Assembly (NCBI GenBank): GCA_000182565.2
Contig: KQ257456.1
DNA length: 26,754 bases
DNA from: Spizellomyces punctatus DAOM BR117
Taxonomy: Eukaryota
Strand: one strand, 5' to 3'
Both the position numbers and the translations under genes were made by a program. Below are positions 10,601 through 22,953 of the stretch, in pieces; position 1 is the first letter of the stretch, and each line of letters opens with the position of its first letter. The notes under the pieces were generated by a model, which had not been told where the DNA came from, did not search any database, and was given only the letters and a program-made list of their open reading frames with translations.

Positions 10601-12952
10601 ACTATTGGATGGCAGAAATAGTAGAAAGGTTTCAACGGTGCAGCCTAATGCAATGGAGCAGGCAATGCATTACCCGTATCCTTATCCACCACCACCACCG
10701 CCGAGCCCACACATTCGGGTTGGATACTTGTCGTCCGACTTTAATAACCATCCACTGGCACATCTCATGCAGTCCGTGTTTGGTCTGCACGATCGGACGC
10801 GGTTCCAAGTTTATTGCTATTCGCTTTCTCCCACGGACAACTCACCATATCGGGCCAAAATCGAACGGGAAGCAGATGTCTTTTTGGATGTGTCGAGTTG
10901 GTCCATCAAGGAAATCGTCGAGCGTATCGCATTGGTGGATCAGATTCATATTCTGTGCAATTTGAATGGGTACACCAAGGGCGGACGTAATGAAGTCTTT
11001 GCTGCGCGTCCGGCTGTTGTGCAGATGCAATTTATGGGATTCGCTGGGACGATGGGCGCGGGTTCCGTTTACGATCCTGACAATGATAAGGAAGGTGATA
11101 GCAAGGGGCAATCAAAGATTGAGGAGTTGTTAGATGATGGAGACGATGTAAATACGACTGAAGAAGACGATGATGAGATGTTTGACAATGTCAAGGAACG
11201 GTGGTTGGACTATCTTTTAACGGATGAAATCGCATCTCCGCGCAAATTTGTGTGTGGTGAACCGCTGGAAGCAGACGAAAAGTTACCTACGGATGGTACA
11301 AAGCTGATACATCGTGGTCTTGTCCGCCGAAAGGATGATGCAAATAGGATTTACACGGAAGGGCTGGTGTTTATGCCCAATACCTATTTCGTAAACGATC
11401 ATCGGCAGGGTTTCCGGGAGACGGAGGACGCTGAAATTGATGACATTGTCATGGGCCACGGGGCGTCTGTTAAGGTGGAAAACGGCAAAACCGGCGATGT
11501 GGATGAAGGATATGATAGCGATGATGATTTAACAGAGGATGAGCGGTGTCGCTGGCGCAAAGAGCAGATTCGGCGGTTGAAGATGCGGGGAGAGCTGTTC
11601 CCATGGTTGCGGGAAGATACTGTTATATTTGCAAATTTCAATCAGTTGTACAAGGTATGCTGTGTTGGCTTTGCTTTCTCACTGGTTCATTTTAATAATT
11701 CTTTCGGTGCTAGGTGGATCCTGAGATTTTTGCAACGTGGATGAGGATTATCAAACGCGTTCCAAATTCAATTCTTTGGCTGTTACGCTTTCCTCCTGCA
11801 GGAGAAGCGTATTTGAGAAAGAAGGCTGTGGAATTGGTTGGAGAGGCGGTTGCTCAGCGGCTCATCTTCACTGGTAGGTAAAAATGGTTATGTCTGTTTG
11901 TATAAGCGTGTGTCACCAATTGAATTTCTGCAGATGTGGCACCCAAACATTTGCACATCCATCGCGGCCGTATTGCGGATGTTTTCTTGGACACGCCAGA
12001 GTGTAATGCCCACACGACTGCCGCAGATATTTTGTGGAGCGGAACTCCGGTCGTCACTTACCCAAAATATGATTTCAAAATGTGCAGCCGAGTGTGTGCA
12101 TCCATTGCGTATGCAACGGGCCGATGGTCGCGATCGGATCTAGCTGGTTTGGAAGGAGGGATCGAGACTGCTGAACAAGCCCGGGCGGGTATTCGGTTGG
12201 AAGGTGTGGAGCGGCTCAAGGACAAGTGGCTTCTGGGTCATTGGATGGTTGTCAAGAGTTACCAAGAGTACGAAGATATCGCTGTGAGACTCGGGCGTGG
12301 AATGAAATGGGGCTGGAAACGCGTTGACGCTTGGAGAGATCATGTACGAATGACCAATAAGCGACCGGTGGTCAATACCATTGTGGAATCGAGGGCTATT
12401 TCTACTAATCCGGCAAGCACGAACCCGCGTATCCCCCCCAGGCATATCTTGGCTCAACCACAAACGTCGCAAGAACACAGTCGACAAGTTACTCGATCTC
12501 AAATCAGCCATACCAGCAACAGCAGCCATATCCCCATGTCGAGCAGTATTGCGTACGTCCTGAACCCGACCACCGTACCATGTCTTCCAGATACACCCCC
12601 ACCGCATCTGGCCCCTGCTACACCCTTTTATCCCACCCGCCCCACCTGCACGCACATTTACACGCCCTTGTCAAGCACCCTCGCCATCCGCCTCCGCCGC
12701 CGTCTCTTTCTGACGCGAGATGAGTGCGCCCTCTTTGATACACCTCGTTGGGTAAGAGGTCTTGAACAAGCCTTTGAGAAGTCCTACGCGCGGTGGGCTC
12801 AGGCGTGGGCAAGACTTGAGCGAAGACGGGGCATCCCGTCTAGCACGAAACGGAAGCAACGGGCCACGTCACGATGTTTGTGGATTAGGGACACTACTGT
12901 CCATGGTGGACGGACGGGGCATTTGAATTCTATTCAAACCGAGAGGATGTGA
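7658..12952 (+). CDS. OGT: O-GlcNAc transferase (GT41; TPR repeats plus two-lobed catalytic domain), ~1602 aa
   Basis: Exons 7658-7712, 7963-8925, 8989-9224, 9279-11654, 11714-11873 and 11934-12952 total 4809 nt and stay in frame. Intron 1 has a GTAAGT donor and GACTAAC branch site; the alternative start is ATG 7995. TPR motifs include AHDKYNAGDF, AEAFSNLGTTY, LTNLGSALKDRG and ALANLANVYKDLG. Catalytic motifs are RVGYLSSDFNNHPLAHLM, NLNGYTKGGRNEVFAARPA, GFAGTMGA, FANFNQLYKVDP, ILWLLRFP and DVFLDTPECNAHTTAADILWSGTPVVT. Confidence 0.95.
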
Positions 12953-13724
12953 AGGGAGAGCTGAACATTGGGATACACAATGGATTGAGTTGTGTGTTTT
13001 ATTTTCTTGTGTAATTTTCTCTGTGTGTTTTATTTCTCTTTTTTTGTATGTAGTCTGGGTGGGATGTATCCTCAAGGTGAGAGAGTATAATACGGGTTTT
13101 ACAGTTGGGAATCATTGGGTGGAGTGTGTTTTGGGCGTGGTAGACTTTTTTTTTTTTTGTTGCGTTTGCTGTTTTTGCTGCCAGTGCGGTGCAAAACAAG
13201 TTTATATTTTCTTTTTTCCAAGATGTACTTGAGTTTGTATCAATGTGGGATTTCAACTTGTGTATGTCGGACTTTGAGGTTTTGCGTCCTTGTGGTTGAC
13301 GATCACCTTGTCGCCGTAAGTCATGTCTATGTCTGGTTGCCTGGATATCATATCTGGGCGGTGAAGCTCCTCCAGTGCCCGTTCATATTATTTTCAGTTT
13401 GCGACCAGAAATATGGGAATGATATCTGTTCATGTTTGTGCAGTACCACGGTAACTTATTAAAATACCAAGGATTATTCGATAGCGAACAAAAGACATGA
13501 AATGGAATAGAACTACTCTCAAGGTTGTCTGCGCTTGTTGCGAACAATCACTCCCCAAAGACCTCCAATTATCCGTTGTTCGTTGAGCAAAATGCACACG
13601 CATTACTAATGGAACAAACCAAACAAATCGCTTGCGTCGTAGCACGGATCTGCCTTTCCGGATGTTCCACTTGATTAGTAAAGCGGGTCGCGCAATATCA
13701 TTTCTCATCAACAATAATCAACAA

Positions 13725-13738
13725 TATAAAAAGGGGGC
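13725..13738 (+). promoter_or_regulatory. TATA box of GST gene (TATAAAAAGGGGGC)
   Basis: TATAAAAA lies about 100 nt upstream of the GST ATG. Confidence 0.55.
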
Positions 13739-13826
13739 ATCGTTACTTGTTGCATCACTGCATCATTCAACGTCTTTCGCTTAACGCTTATATCTCAACA
13801 AGCCTTTTTTCATCGTCCAGCTTATA

Positions 13827-14699
13827 ATGGGTATCAAGGTCCACGGAGCACCTTTCTCGACATGCACGCAGCGTGTTGCTGTTGTCTTGAGGGAGAAGAA
13901 CGTCCCTTTTGAAATTGTTCCCGTTAATTTCGCTGCAGGACAGCACAAGGTGGGTTTGGCAATTGTTTTATTTTTTTTCGCATTATTGTGTGTATAGAAA
14001 ATGAGTGAATTGTGTGATTCATGATTTTATGGTTGTGACAGAGCGAGGAGTTTCTCAAGTTGCAGCCGTTCGGACAGGTTCCTGTTCTAGAAGACGATGG
14101 GTTCTTTCTTTTCGGTGAGCGTGCGCTGGAACTTTGCAGTACGTAAAATGCTCCTACTGATGGGTTCCTATGTATGTTACCAGAGTCCCGTGCAATTGGT
14201 CGGTACATTGAAAACAAGTACAAGTCCCAAGGCACCTCGCTTGCGCCATCTGATCTCAAGGGTGCTGCCGTGGTTGAGCAATGGGCTTCTGTCGAGGTTG
14301 CCAATTTTGATCCGTATGCGTCAGGAATTGTTGCTGAATTAGTGTTTAAAAAGTGAGTAGGAGATGTCAGCGTGTTGCGAATGTCCGTGCCTATATGCTA
14401 ATGATGTTATGCCGCATAGATTGTTCAACCGTGGCGAACCCGACTTGGAACGAGTAAAGCAGCTTCGTGCAAAGCTGGACGCTACGCTCGACGTTTACGA
14501 CAAGATTTTGGCAAAACAACCCTTCCTGACGGGTCAGCAAGTGTCCCTTGCAGATCTTTTCCACTTACCCTATGGTGCCAAATTGTTTGTTGCTCAACAC
14601 GGTGATGCGATTACATCTCGGCCTAATGTGAAGGCTTGGTGGGAGAGGTTGACTTCCAGACCGACTTGGCAAGAGACCGCGGCAGCTGGCGCTCATTAA
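13827..14699 (+). CDS. Glutathione S-transferase, phi-class-like (214 aa; exons 13827-13949, 14042-14114, 14184-14352, 14420-14699)
   Basis: Translates to MGIKVHGAPFSTCTQRVAVVLREKNVPFEIVPVNFAAGQHK | SEEFLKLQPFGQVPVLEDDGFFLF E SRAIGRYI...VEQWASVE... | ...LDVYDKILAKQPFLTGQQVSLADLFHLP...RPNVKAWWERLTSRPTW. These are typical GSTF signatures (catalytic-Ser STC motif, PFGQVP, FESRAI, SLADL-HLP). Confidence 0.94.
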
Positions 14700-15552
14700 G
14701 CTTGTTATTGTTACCAATCTTAAAGGGCATTATCTTTGTTAGTTTTTGAAAACCTGAAAATGAATATCTAACATTTTAAGGATCTACATCTACTCAGCAG
14801 CTGTTTTTGGGTTGAATGCATGTGTCTCCTCGATTGTTTCCACCCGGGACGGAGCTCCATTGGGCTTGAAGCCACTTCTTTGTTTTACATCCCCACCATG
14901 TTTAAGCAAGTCTGTAGGGGCTGTAAGGTGCAATGACCCTTTGTCTCCTGTGGTGTGAACCCTGTGGTTCCTGCAAACAGATCGCGATTTGAAATTTGAG
15001 AATAATACGACTACGCATGGCTGAGTGCGTCTCACTGGGATCTTTTAGGTTGAAGGTTCACCACAAAAAGGGTAACACTGTCCAGGTCCGCCCCCATGTC
15101 ATGTCCACAGACGCATAATCAATCGTCGATACCATGAAGAAAATATCTGGTAGCGCGGCCACAAATAGCAAGCAACCCTGAGCATATTGTCGACGCAGTT
15201 CTTTGACGTTGTGTTCAAAAGTCGGTCAATAACATTTCTCCTGGGCCTGGTTGGGTTCTGTCCAGAACTTTTTCTGACCCCAAAATATAGACCGTTGCTG
15301 TTATTTTCCTCCCTCCGTTCTGAGTGCAAAACCCGCCCAGATGAACTTGAGCAGTTTTTCAGACTTTCTGTAACCTGCACTTACTCTGATCACTACCAAG
15401 CACTCGATTTTAAGCACTCACTGAATTGGGAGCTCCACGGAAAGCCTCTTGGGTCAGTTATTTTTCGTAAAAGTAAGATAGTATTATCGAAAAGACATTT
15501 AATCCGCTACTGTCGGTGCAAACAGAAGTACATTCTCTATCAACATCCAGCC

Positions 15553-16482
15553 ATGTCGGTATGCTCAGATGTATACAGTGACCCTGTGCTGACGGCCGTC
15601 TATAACAACAATCGGGACCTAATGATTTACGCACTCATTATGGCGGTCCTGTCTCTTGGATTTGTTTGGGATTATCTACCTAGTCTCCCCATGCGGGCGA
15701 GTCGATATGCCATAATTATTACCGCTGTATCGAACGTCCTGTGGACAATTGTAGAGATTCTCGACTGGACTTATCCTTGGTCCTGTCAAGCATTCGGCCC
15801 AAGGGGTCTAATTACCATGCAAATTCTTACGTTGATCTTTGACAGTATTGCGAACAGTGGCTTTGTCTTCTTCACCATCTACCGAACGGTGAAACTCTTG
15901 ACGAGAAATGAGCGAATTCACATGCTTTCGTCAACTGTGCTAGCCCTCCTCGCCGGCACGACGTCCATAGTCGCTTGGACAAATTACATCAAAAAGCTCA
16001 CCAGCGATGAAAGTATTCTCGTCGAAATATACGACAATTGGGTTATCATCTATTACGTTCTCTGGACAACGGCGGTAGAAATGGGTGCTTTGACGATAGT
16101 TTTGCTCAAAGTTTTTCAGGCCGCTATTGTTCGCAAGAGAATCACCAGCGTGCAGCAACAAAGTAACGCAAGCTTATGGCACGCGACGCTTGGAATTGCC
16201 ATCCGCTACGCACTCATCATCGTGCTCCAGTACTACAATCTCAAGTACTGGTTTTCAGCCACCCCCACAAACATTGCAACTGCGTGTTATTCAACCCTGC
16301 GTAGTATCATGGTCATTCTTACGCTTACAGACCAAGTGAAAGTACAAACCATCCTTGGTATGAACAATGCGAGCCAAGCGTCGACTGACTCAAATCCTCG
16401 AAATCCTGTGAGCAAAGCCTGTGCTACAGGGGCAGGCCGAGTAGGGTCGATTCTGAGGACTGATATACAGGATTCGGTTTGA
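15553..16482 (+). CDS. Intronless multi-pass (about 7 TM) membrane protein, GPCR-like topology, 309 aa
   Basis: The first ATG of the long open frame is at 15553 (CAGCCATGT); the upstream TTG-started extension looks non-coding. There are seven hydrophobic stretches, a Cys before TM3 (WSCQAF), FFTIYR at the end of TM3, a basic loop after TM5 and a polar C-terminal tail. Family not recognised. Confidence 0.7.
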   Translation: MSVCSDVYSDPVLTAVYNNNRDLMIYALIMAVLSLGFVWDYLPSLPMRASRYAIIITAVSNVLWTIVEILDWTYPWSCQAFGPRGLITMQILTLIFDSIANSGFVFFTIYRTVKLLTRNERIHMLSSTVLALLAGTTSIVAWTNYIKKLTSDESILVEIYDNWVIIYYVLWTTAVEMGALTIVLLKVFQAAIVRKRITSVQQQSNASLWHATLGIAIRYALIIVLQYYNLKYWFSATPTNIATACYSTLRSIMVILTLTDQVKVQTILGMNNASQASTDSNPRNPVSKACATGAGRVGSILRTDIQDSV

Positions 16483-16751
16483 GGACTTCGTTTCTGGAGA
16501 TGCTTTAATGTGTAGGGTTATTCTGCTACGCGTGTTTGAATATGTTTTGAAGGGTTACCTTGGATGAGAACCGTTGTCTGTAGGGAGCTCATTTATGTAC
16601 GGGCACATTGGAAGACTGAGTGCTCAACAGTTTAATATTATATTATTTCTGGTCGACTTTCCGGTGATGAGAGTACTGTTGTATATTATATATGTATCTA
16701 CATATTTCTCAGAAAATCATAGCCCTCTCTACATCTAACTTGTCATCATCT

Positions 16752-19700
16752 TCAACTCCAAAAAGGACACAGCGCCAATGCAGCCAGCCTGAAATGCATT
16801 TTCGCAAATGGCCAAAAAATAACCGTCAACGTGAGGAGAAATCCGACCATGCCATGCAACATCGCAATGAATATGCCAGCGACAATGATGACTCCATAAT
16901 TAACGAGAGCTAGATACCACTTGGGTAGCTTTCTCACTCTCCCTTCACGTTCTCGCTTGGGGTCCAATCCATATGGACAGACGGTCATTGGCACGCGACG
17001 CAGAATCCACCAAGCACCGGGAAGCAAGACGATCGTCAAAGCAACCAAGAAGGCGCTACAGATGTATACCAAGGCCAGAAAGAACCCTCCGAACAGTGCG
17101 AATAATCCATTGGCGATCATTGCAGTAATTCCTGTGATTCTTGACGTTTCTGTAAAGTATTTGAATGGTACTTTCGTTGGAGTCCTGTCACCCTCGTCTC
17201 GTGCATCCGCTTGACGTGCGAAATTCAGAAAAACTTGCTCCAGTGATGTCCGGCTAAGGGCATAGTCTTCGATGCCCGCATCTTGGACATTTTGGCGGTA
17301 GGCTTCGATGGCTTCGAACACAGTCGCGAGTGACCCAATGGAATGCTGCGAAATTTCATATCGTAGATGTCGGTTACCTTGTTCAACGAGCTGAGCGTTA
17401 GGGAACGTGTTTGAGACGAAATCTTGAACTTGAGAGGTTGACTGTTTCGATCTAGTCTGAAGATCGAGTTGGTATCCGGACCCGTAGCGTGTCCTTAGAT
17501 GTTGAGCACTACCGAGGCAGCGCAGTTGTCCAGCAGTCATAACTCCGATTCTGCGATCAGTGATCAGAATTTGAATAAAGCAACCCATGTACATAGATGT
17601 GCGCCGCGATATGATTACCTCGTGCTAATCGCCTCGGCCTCCTCCATACTGTGAGTTGTCAATATGACTGCATGCTCTTTCCTCAAGTCTTGGATCAGAT
17701 TCCACATTGATCGCTTGCTGACTGGATCCATTCCAGTACTTGGCTCGTCAAGAATGATGACCGGAGGTTTGCCAATGACGGCTATGCCAACAGATAGTTT
17801 GCGGCGATTGCCCCCACTGAGATGGCGACTCTGTTTGTCTGCATGGGGAACGAGGTCGAGCGACTGGAGAAGAGCGTTCACGGTCATTGTGATTTGTATC
17901 GTTGGGACACCTTTCAGCCGCGCGTAAAGTTCCAAGTGTTCTCGCGTGGTCAGCGTGGGCTGTGATTCAAGTTAGGAAGCGTACAGGAAACAAAGTAGCG
18001 AGTAAAACCATTTCTTACCAGTAAAGCGTCGAATTGAGGCGTGACACCCATTGACCGTTGTACCCTCGAGAGGTTGTCAAGAATCGAGAATCCATTTACA
18101 ACACAATCGCCTCCAGACGGCAGCTGATCGCCAGCCAAGATTGACAGCGTTGTAGTTTTTCCTATTGTCGGCTACATTGAGTGCCACGCTCAGTGTCGTG
18201 TGGTGATCAACGATGCTCACCTGCTCCGTTTGGTCCAAGCAATGCAAAGCAGTCTCCACGATTGATGCCCAAGGACAAGCCCTTCACCGCTTGCTTTTCC
18301 CTCCCATCCGCGTTGGCTCCATAGTATTTGATTAATCGTTTGATCAGAACTGCAGAGTCTTTTCCAGCTGCCTTCTCCACACGTTGTCGTTCTCTGACTA
18401 CATCCTCATCATCATCTTTGAGATCCTCTGCAGATCCTCGATGCGCTTGACGCTTTCGCAACGCTTTCGCGGACAACCACAGCACAAATCCATCCCACAT
18501 ATCGCTGCCGACCGCTCCAAAGAAAAATACAAAGCACTGTGCAATCTGGATAATAAGCACAAAAGCGATTGTCTCCCTAGGTGTGCGAAGCGCAATATCG
18601 CCAACAGTACAACGCAGTGGCCCATAGTTTGCAAGTGCTAGGAAGTTGTAAACAAATCCCGCGGCGGGACTGTAGACAGAGACGATACCAGTAACAAGAT
18701 TCAGCGTAGATTGCGGTGATTGAGCACCGTAGAAAAGATTCATCAACAGGGTAATGAAGAAGAAACCGGCTCCAAGCAGGATCGCAAGGATACTGCCAGT
18801 AGCACCGGCGGAAGTTTCAAATCGAGAGTGAAGCGCATACTGCCAGTGGGTAAAAACAGGCACAAACATAAGCTCACGTCAATAGTGGACACTCGAAAGG
18901 GAATGATAGACATACCCCGAATGCAGATGCCGACAAAAGGTACACTGTATGGAGGGAAACCATCAGTAACCAATAATGGGTGCGCATGTCGAATCTACAT
19001 CAAGGACTTACGTAAAATTGAGCAGAATATCCATCCCAACGCATCTTTGATCATGGGCGTCCTGAACGCTGCAAAAATGACGGTAGCAGCGGCAGCAATA
19101 GCAACGGCATTGATCACATCCCACAGCCAATAAGCCAGCCAATATGCCAAGGGCCTTGCCCCACTAACTCTTTGCTGATGCATCGTCTTGCCCATACGCT
19201 CCCTCACCAGCGATGCCGTTGACAGGGCAGGAAGAAGAGCAAAGACAGCAACGAGCATCAGGGCCCCGCCTATCGTGCCACCGTCTGACACGTCCATAGC
19301 GCGCGGGGATGAGAAGCGATGGATAGCTGAAGATATTGCATAACGACCTGCTGGGGCGGCTGGGGTATTGTTGAAACGGGAAGCGATGAAAGCATTGTGG
19401 GCCAGGTTGATAAGGCTTGCCTGAACCACAATTTCCCCAGAAAAATCTGCTTGTGCAGCGTTATATGACCCATCCCAGGTAGACGTGTCTGCGTTGGCGA
19501 CAAAAGTCGAGAACTGAAGGGCCGCACTGAAGTTGTATATGGAATTATCGACGTGAAATTGGTACGCTGTATCATCGGGCACCACAAACGGCTGCACAGT
19601 CGGGTCGACCAGATACACAATCGCATTGTCAGGCTGAACAATGAGAGGCTTATTCGACCAGTGGAGAGGAACGACTGGCTCTGCCGGGGAAGGTGTGCAA

Positions 19701-22700
19701 GTACCATCCAGGTTGCGCATCATCCATGCCACTACGATTGTAGCAACGATTGGCGCCACGAAACGGACGATGGGAAGGATTGGTTGTCGTCGGTTGAGGA
19801 AAACCACTTTACGGAAAAGAGTGTACGTCTGCTGGGCGAAACTTGGTAAGCGCTCTGCCTGGGCGCCAGTTTGGAACACGGTCTGATTCTTGCCAGCGAC
19901 ATTGATCACTGTCATCTCATGACCACTGGCATCTTGAAAAAATAATGAGGATTTGGGCAGTATAACATAGGAGGCCGACTGACATTACCAAGAGAGACCT
20001 TCTCGTCATGTCGTACAAGTGTAGACTCATCTTTCTCCTCAGCACTCACGGCGATTTTCATCAACACTTCCTCTAAACTAGTTACCGAAAGCTCGTAGTT
20101 TTCCACACCTAGGGCCAACCCCTTATCTCCCTCAAGACTCCTCAAAAGCCGCGGGAAACTAAATCTAGATTCTTTGGGCAACTGGAATGCAATTTCCCGA
20201 CCGGCCTCGCTCCGTAGTATCGCCTTCCCCACAAAGGTCTTTACAAGCTGTTCAATGGCTCCAACGTCCGACAGACCGTTGCGCAGAAGCGTTAAGGTGT
20301 AACCAACTCCGAAGCGTTCCTTTAAGAACATGGAAGTACCCCAAGCGCGAAGTTTGCCAACTGCCATGATAACGATGCGGTCTCCCAAATGATCTGCTTC
20401 GTCCATGAAATGGGTCGTCAGGACAACAGTGCGCCCTTCCTTATTCATTCTCACAACGTCCCAGATCGCTCGACGACTCAGAGGATCCATTCCTGAGGTA
20501 GGCTCATCCAAAATCACAATCCGCGATCCGCCTAGGTACGCAATTGCAACTGAGAGTTTTCGTTTTTGCCCGCCAGACAAAGTTGATACATAACTGTCTG
20601 CCTTTTCGCTTAGATCGCATCGGGTGATGGTTTGCTTTACTTCCAGTGCAACTCCTTGCCTAGCCGCCCCCTTCAAACCAGCGAAAAGTTGCAGATGTTC
20701 TCGGACTGTCAGGGTTGGCCATAAAACGTCATGCTGCGGACAAATTCCCAAGGTATCTTCGGCGAGTTTGGCATTTCGGGCGTCTCGAGGCTTCCTGCCC
20801 CGGAGGAGTGCCTCCCCGGCAGTCGGCGAGAGAAGACCTGTAAGCATGGAAATCTACGGCGGAAGAGGATGAGCATCACCACACCAATTCCAAGTTATGG
20901 AAGAGCACGGTAGCCATCTCACCAACGTGGTCTTTCCAGCTCCGTTCTTCCCTAGCAAAACCATTGTCTCTCCCTGATAAGCGTTCAAGGTCAGATCTTG
21001 AACCGCATGCTGAACTTTTCCCGTTGTCGGGTTTCGAAAGCTTCTGCTCAGATCTCGTATGCTGATACCAAACTGGCCGCTGCTAAGAGTATCTTCAATT
21101 AGCGGAGCATCATTGCCCAAAGGTGAAAAAGCCGTGTTGCGGATTTGATGAGCTGGGTCTTTCCTCCAGAACGAGTACCAAGGCTGATGTCCGCTTGACA
21201 CGGATGTGACAGTTATCTCCAAATACCATCCGAGACATGTGTATAAAATCGCATCAAGTACGAGAATGAGAAGACAAGTTGTAAAGCGAATGCCCTGATA
21301 TTCCTCTGTAGACGAGCTATCATTTTAGTAATGAACGTATTTTGCCTGGAAAGAAGGCTCCATACCGCTCCAATTGGCAAACTGGACCCCAATTAGCCGC
21401 CCTTCTTGATGTGCGATGACCCGGTTGGCGTAGACAAAAGAAAATGGCGAAATGAAAGAGAGCGCCACTTTTGCTGCAGGTCCGAGGTCCCACTGATTAT
21501 TGTTGATAAACATGGCAGCAGCACTGACGCCAGTAAACAGCCTTTGTATGTGACGCATAGCCGACAATGTTAGGGCAAAAACATAGCAAGCAGTGTTTGA
21601 GCAACTTACGCTATCGAAAACAGTCCACCTGATCGCGGCGACTTCATTAAGACTTCAAGAATAAAGGCCCAGCCAATGACCGGCAAGCTCGAGATAACAA
21701 GCCATAGAAACAATATGAACAGATTCGTCCTTGTATAAAATGTGACCTTCATGATGACCGCGGAGATCAGCCACGCTGGTAGAAACAACACGGTGTAGGT
21801 AACGAGCCAGCTGATGTTGTAGGATGTTCGACTGAGACCCATCATGAACATGCCCTCTCGAAGTTTCGACTATGTCATCCAGGGCGTGAGTAGATTTGAA
21901 TGGCCAAAATCGATCGTCAATATACATATCGAACAGCATACCTTTTTTTCCTCTAGGATGGCGGCCACGATCGAATAGAGCATCGGAAGAAAAACACATA
22001 TGAGCATACCACCAGACCCTATGATCTTCTGTGAGGAGTACGGACTATTTTATCCAGGTGAAAGCAACGTACATCCTTCCATGAAGGCATAGAACATCGC
22101 CTATTATAAATGATCACACCCAGCTGCTTAAAAACTAAGTGTCTGAACATGTACCGGGAAGTCCACATACCTTTACAGCGGCTCCCTGAACCTGCTGAGT
22201 CGAGACTTTACTTGCACTAAGCGTGCTAGCCAACGTTGGATGTATAACAGAAATGATGGATCTTTCAATTGCGACCTGGACATCGGCCATTGCTTCCTGG
22301 GGGAATTGCGAGGAGCATTAATATGTAGGCGAGTTTGCATTGTGTCACTTGAATGCGTACTGGAGGTTTGACTTGAAACCGCGCCCATTGACGGTCTATC
22401 GGATCCATTCTCAATGTATAATTCCATCCACCAGCAGAGGTCGGACCATGCAGTACAATGCCCGCCAAGCAGTCATTGATACGGCAATACTCATTCATTT
22501 GGTTATCGGAGGCAAACTGGCGAAGGCTGCCAGCGGACCGACTGAGCTCGGTGACAATCGCATTCACCTCGGGACTTGCAGCATCAATGACATAGCCGAG
22601 GGGCCCTAGATTCGATACTAGGTGGCGAATATCACTGTGGACAGGCTGAACACTTGTGTTTGCAAAGTTATTGAAATTGCTCCAACTAGTAGTGATCGGG

Positions 22701-22953
22701 AGAGTAAATAATCAAACGATGAGACTGATACTCTGAATGAGAAAGTGCTGTGGACTTACGTGTATACTACAAGGGCAATGACTACTAGAGGAAGCAGGAG
22801 TGCAATACAGAACTAGCTTACAATGACGAATTTAACATGGAAGGACTACCGTGTCTACGATCGTAAAGCTACCTGGGATGCTAAGGCCCGACGGCGGACC
22901 TGATATTCCTTTCTAACGAGTAAGCCTATGGGACGCAAAAAACCGCGCGCCAT
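16752..22953 (-). CDS. Full-length ABC transporter, subfamily A (TMD-NBD-R)x2, multi-exon, with an extra C-terminal membrane module
   Basis: ATG at 22953 ([22 protein letters not shown]). TMD1 contains EEKK...[21 protein letters not shown]1 has [45 protein letters not shown] and [17 protein letters not shown]1 has SLEEV. TMD2 contains [19 protein letters not shown]2 has [43 protein letters not shown] and [12 protein letters not shown]2 has [10 protein letters not shown]. Stop at 16752. Small exons between ~21900 and 22400 were not fully resolved. Confidence 0.93.

Noticed and set aside
14790-15552. Minus-strand ORFs and the 122-codon TTG-started extension of the 15187-16482 ORF
   Set aside because: No homology cues. 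The extension has no ATG, and the protein-like composition begins at ATG 15553.
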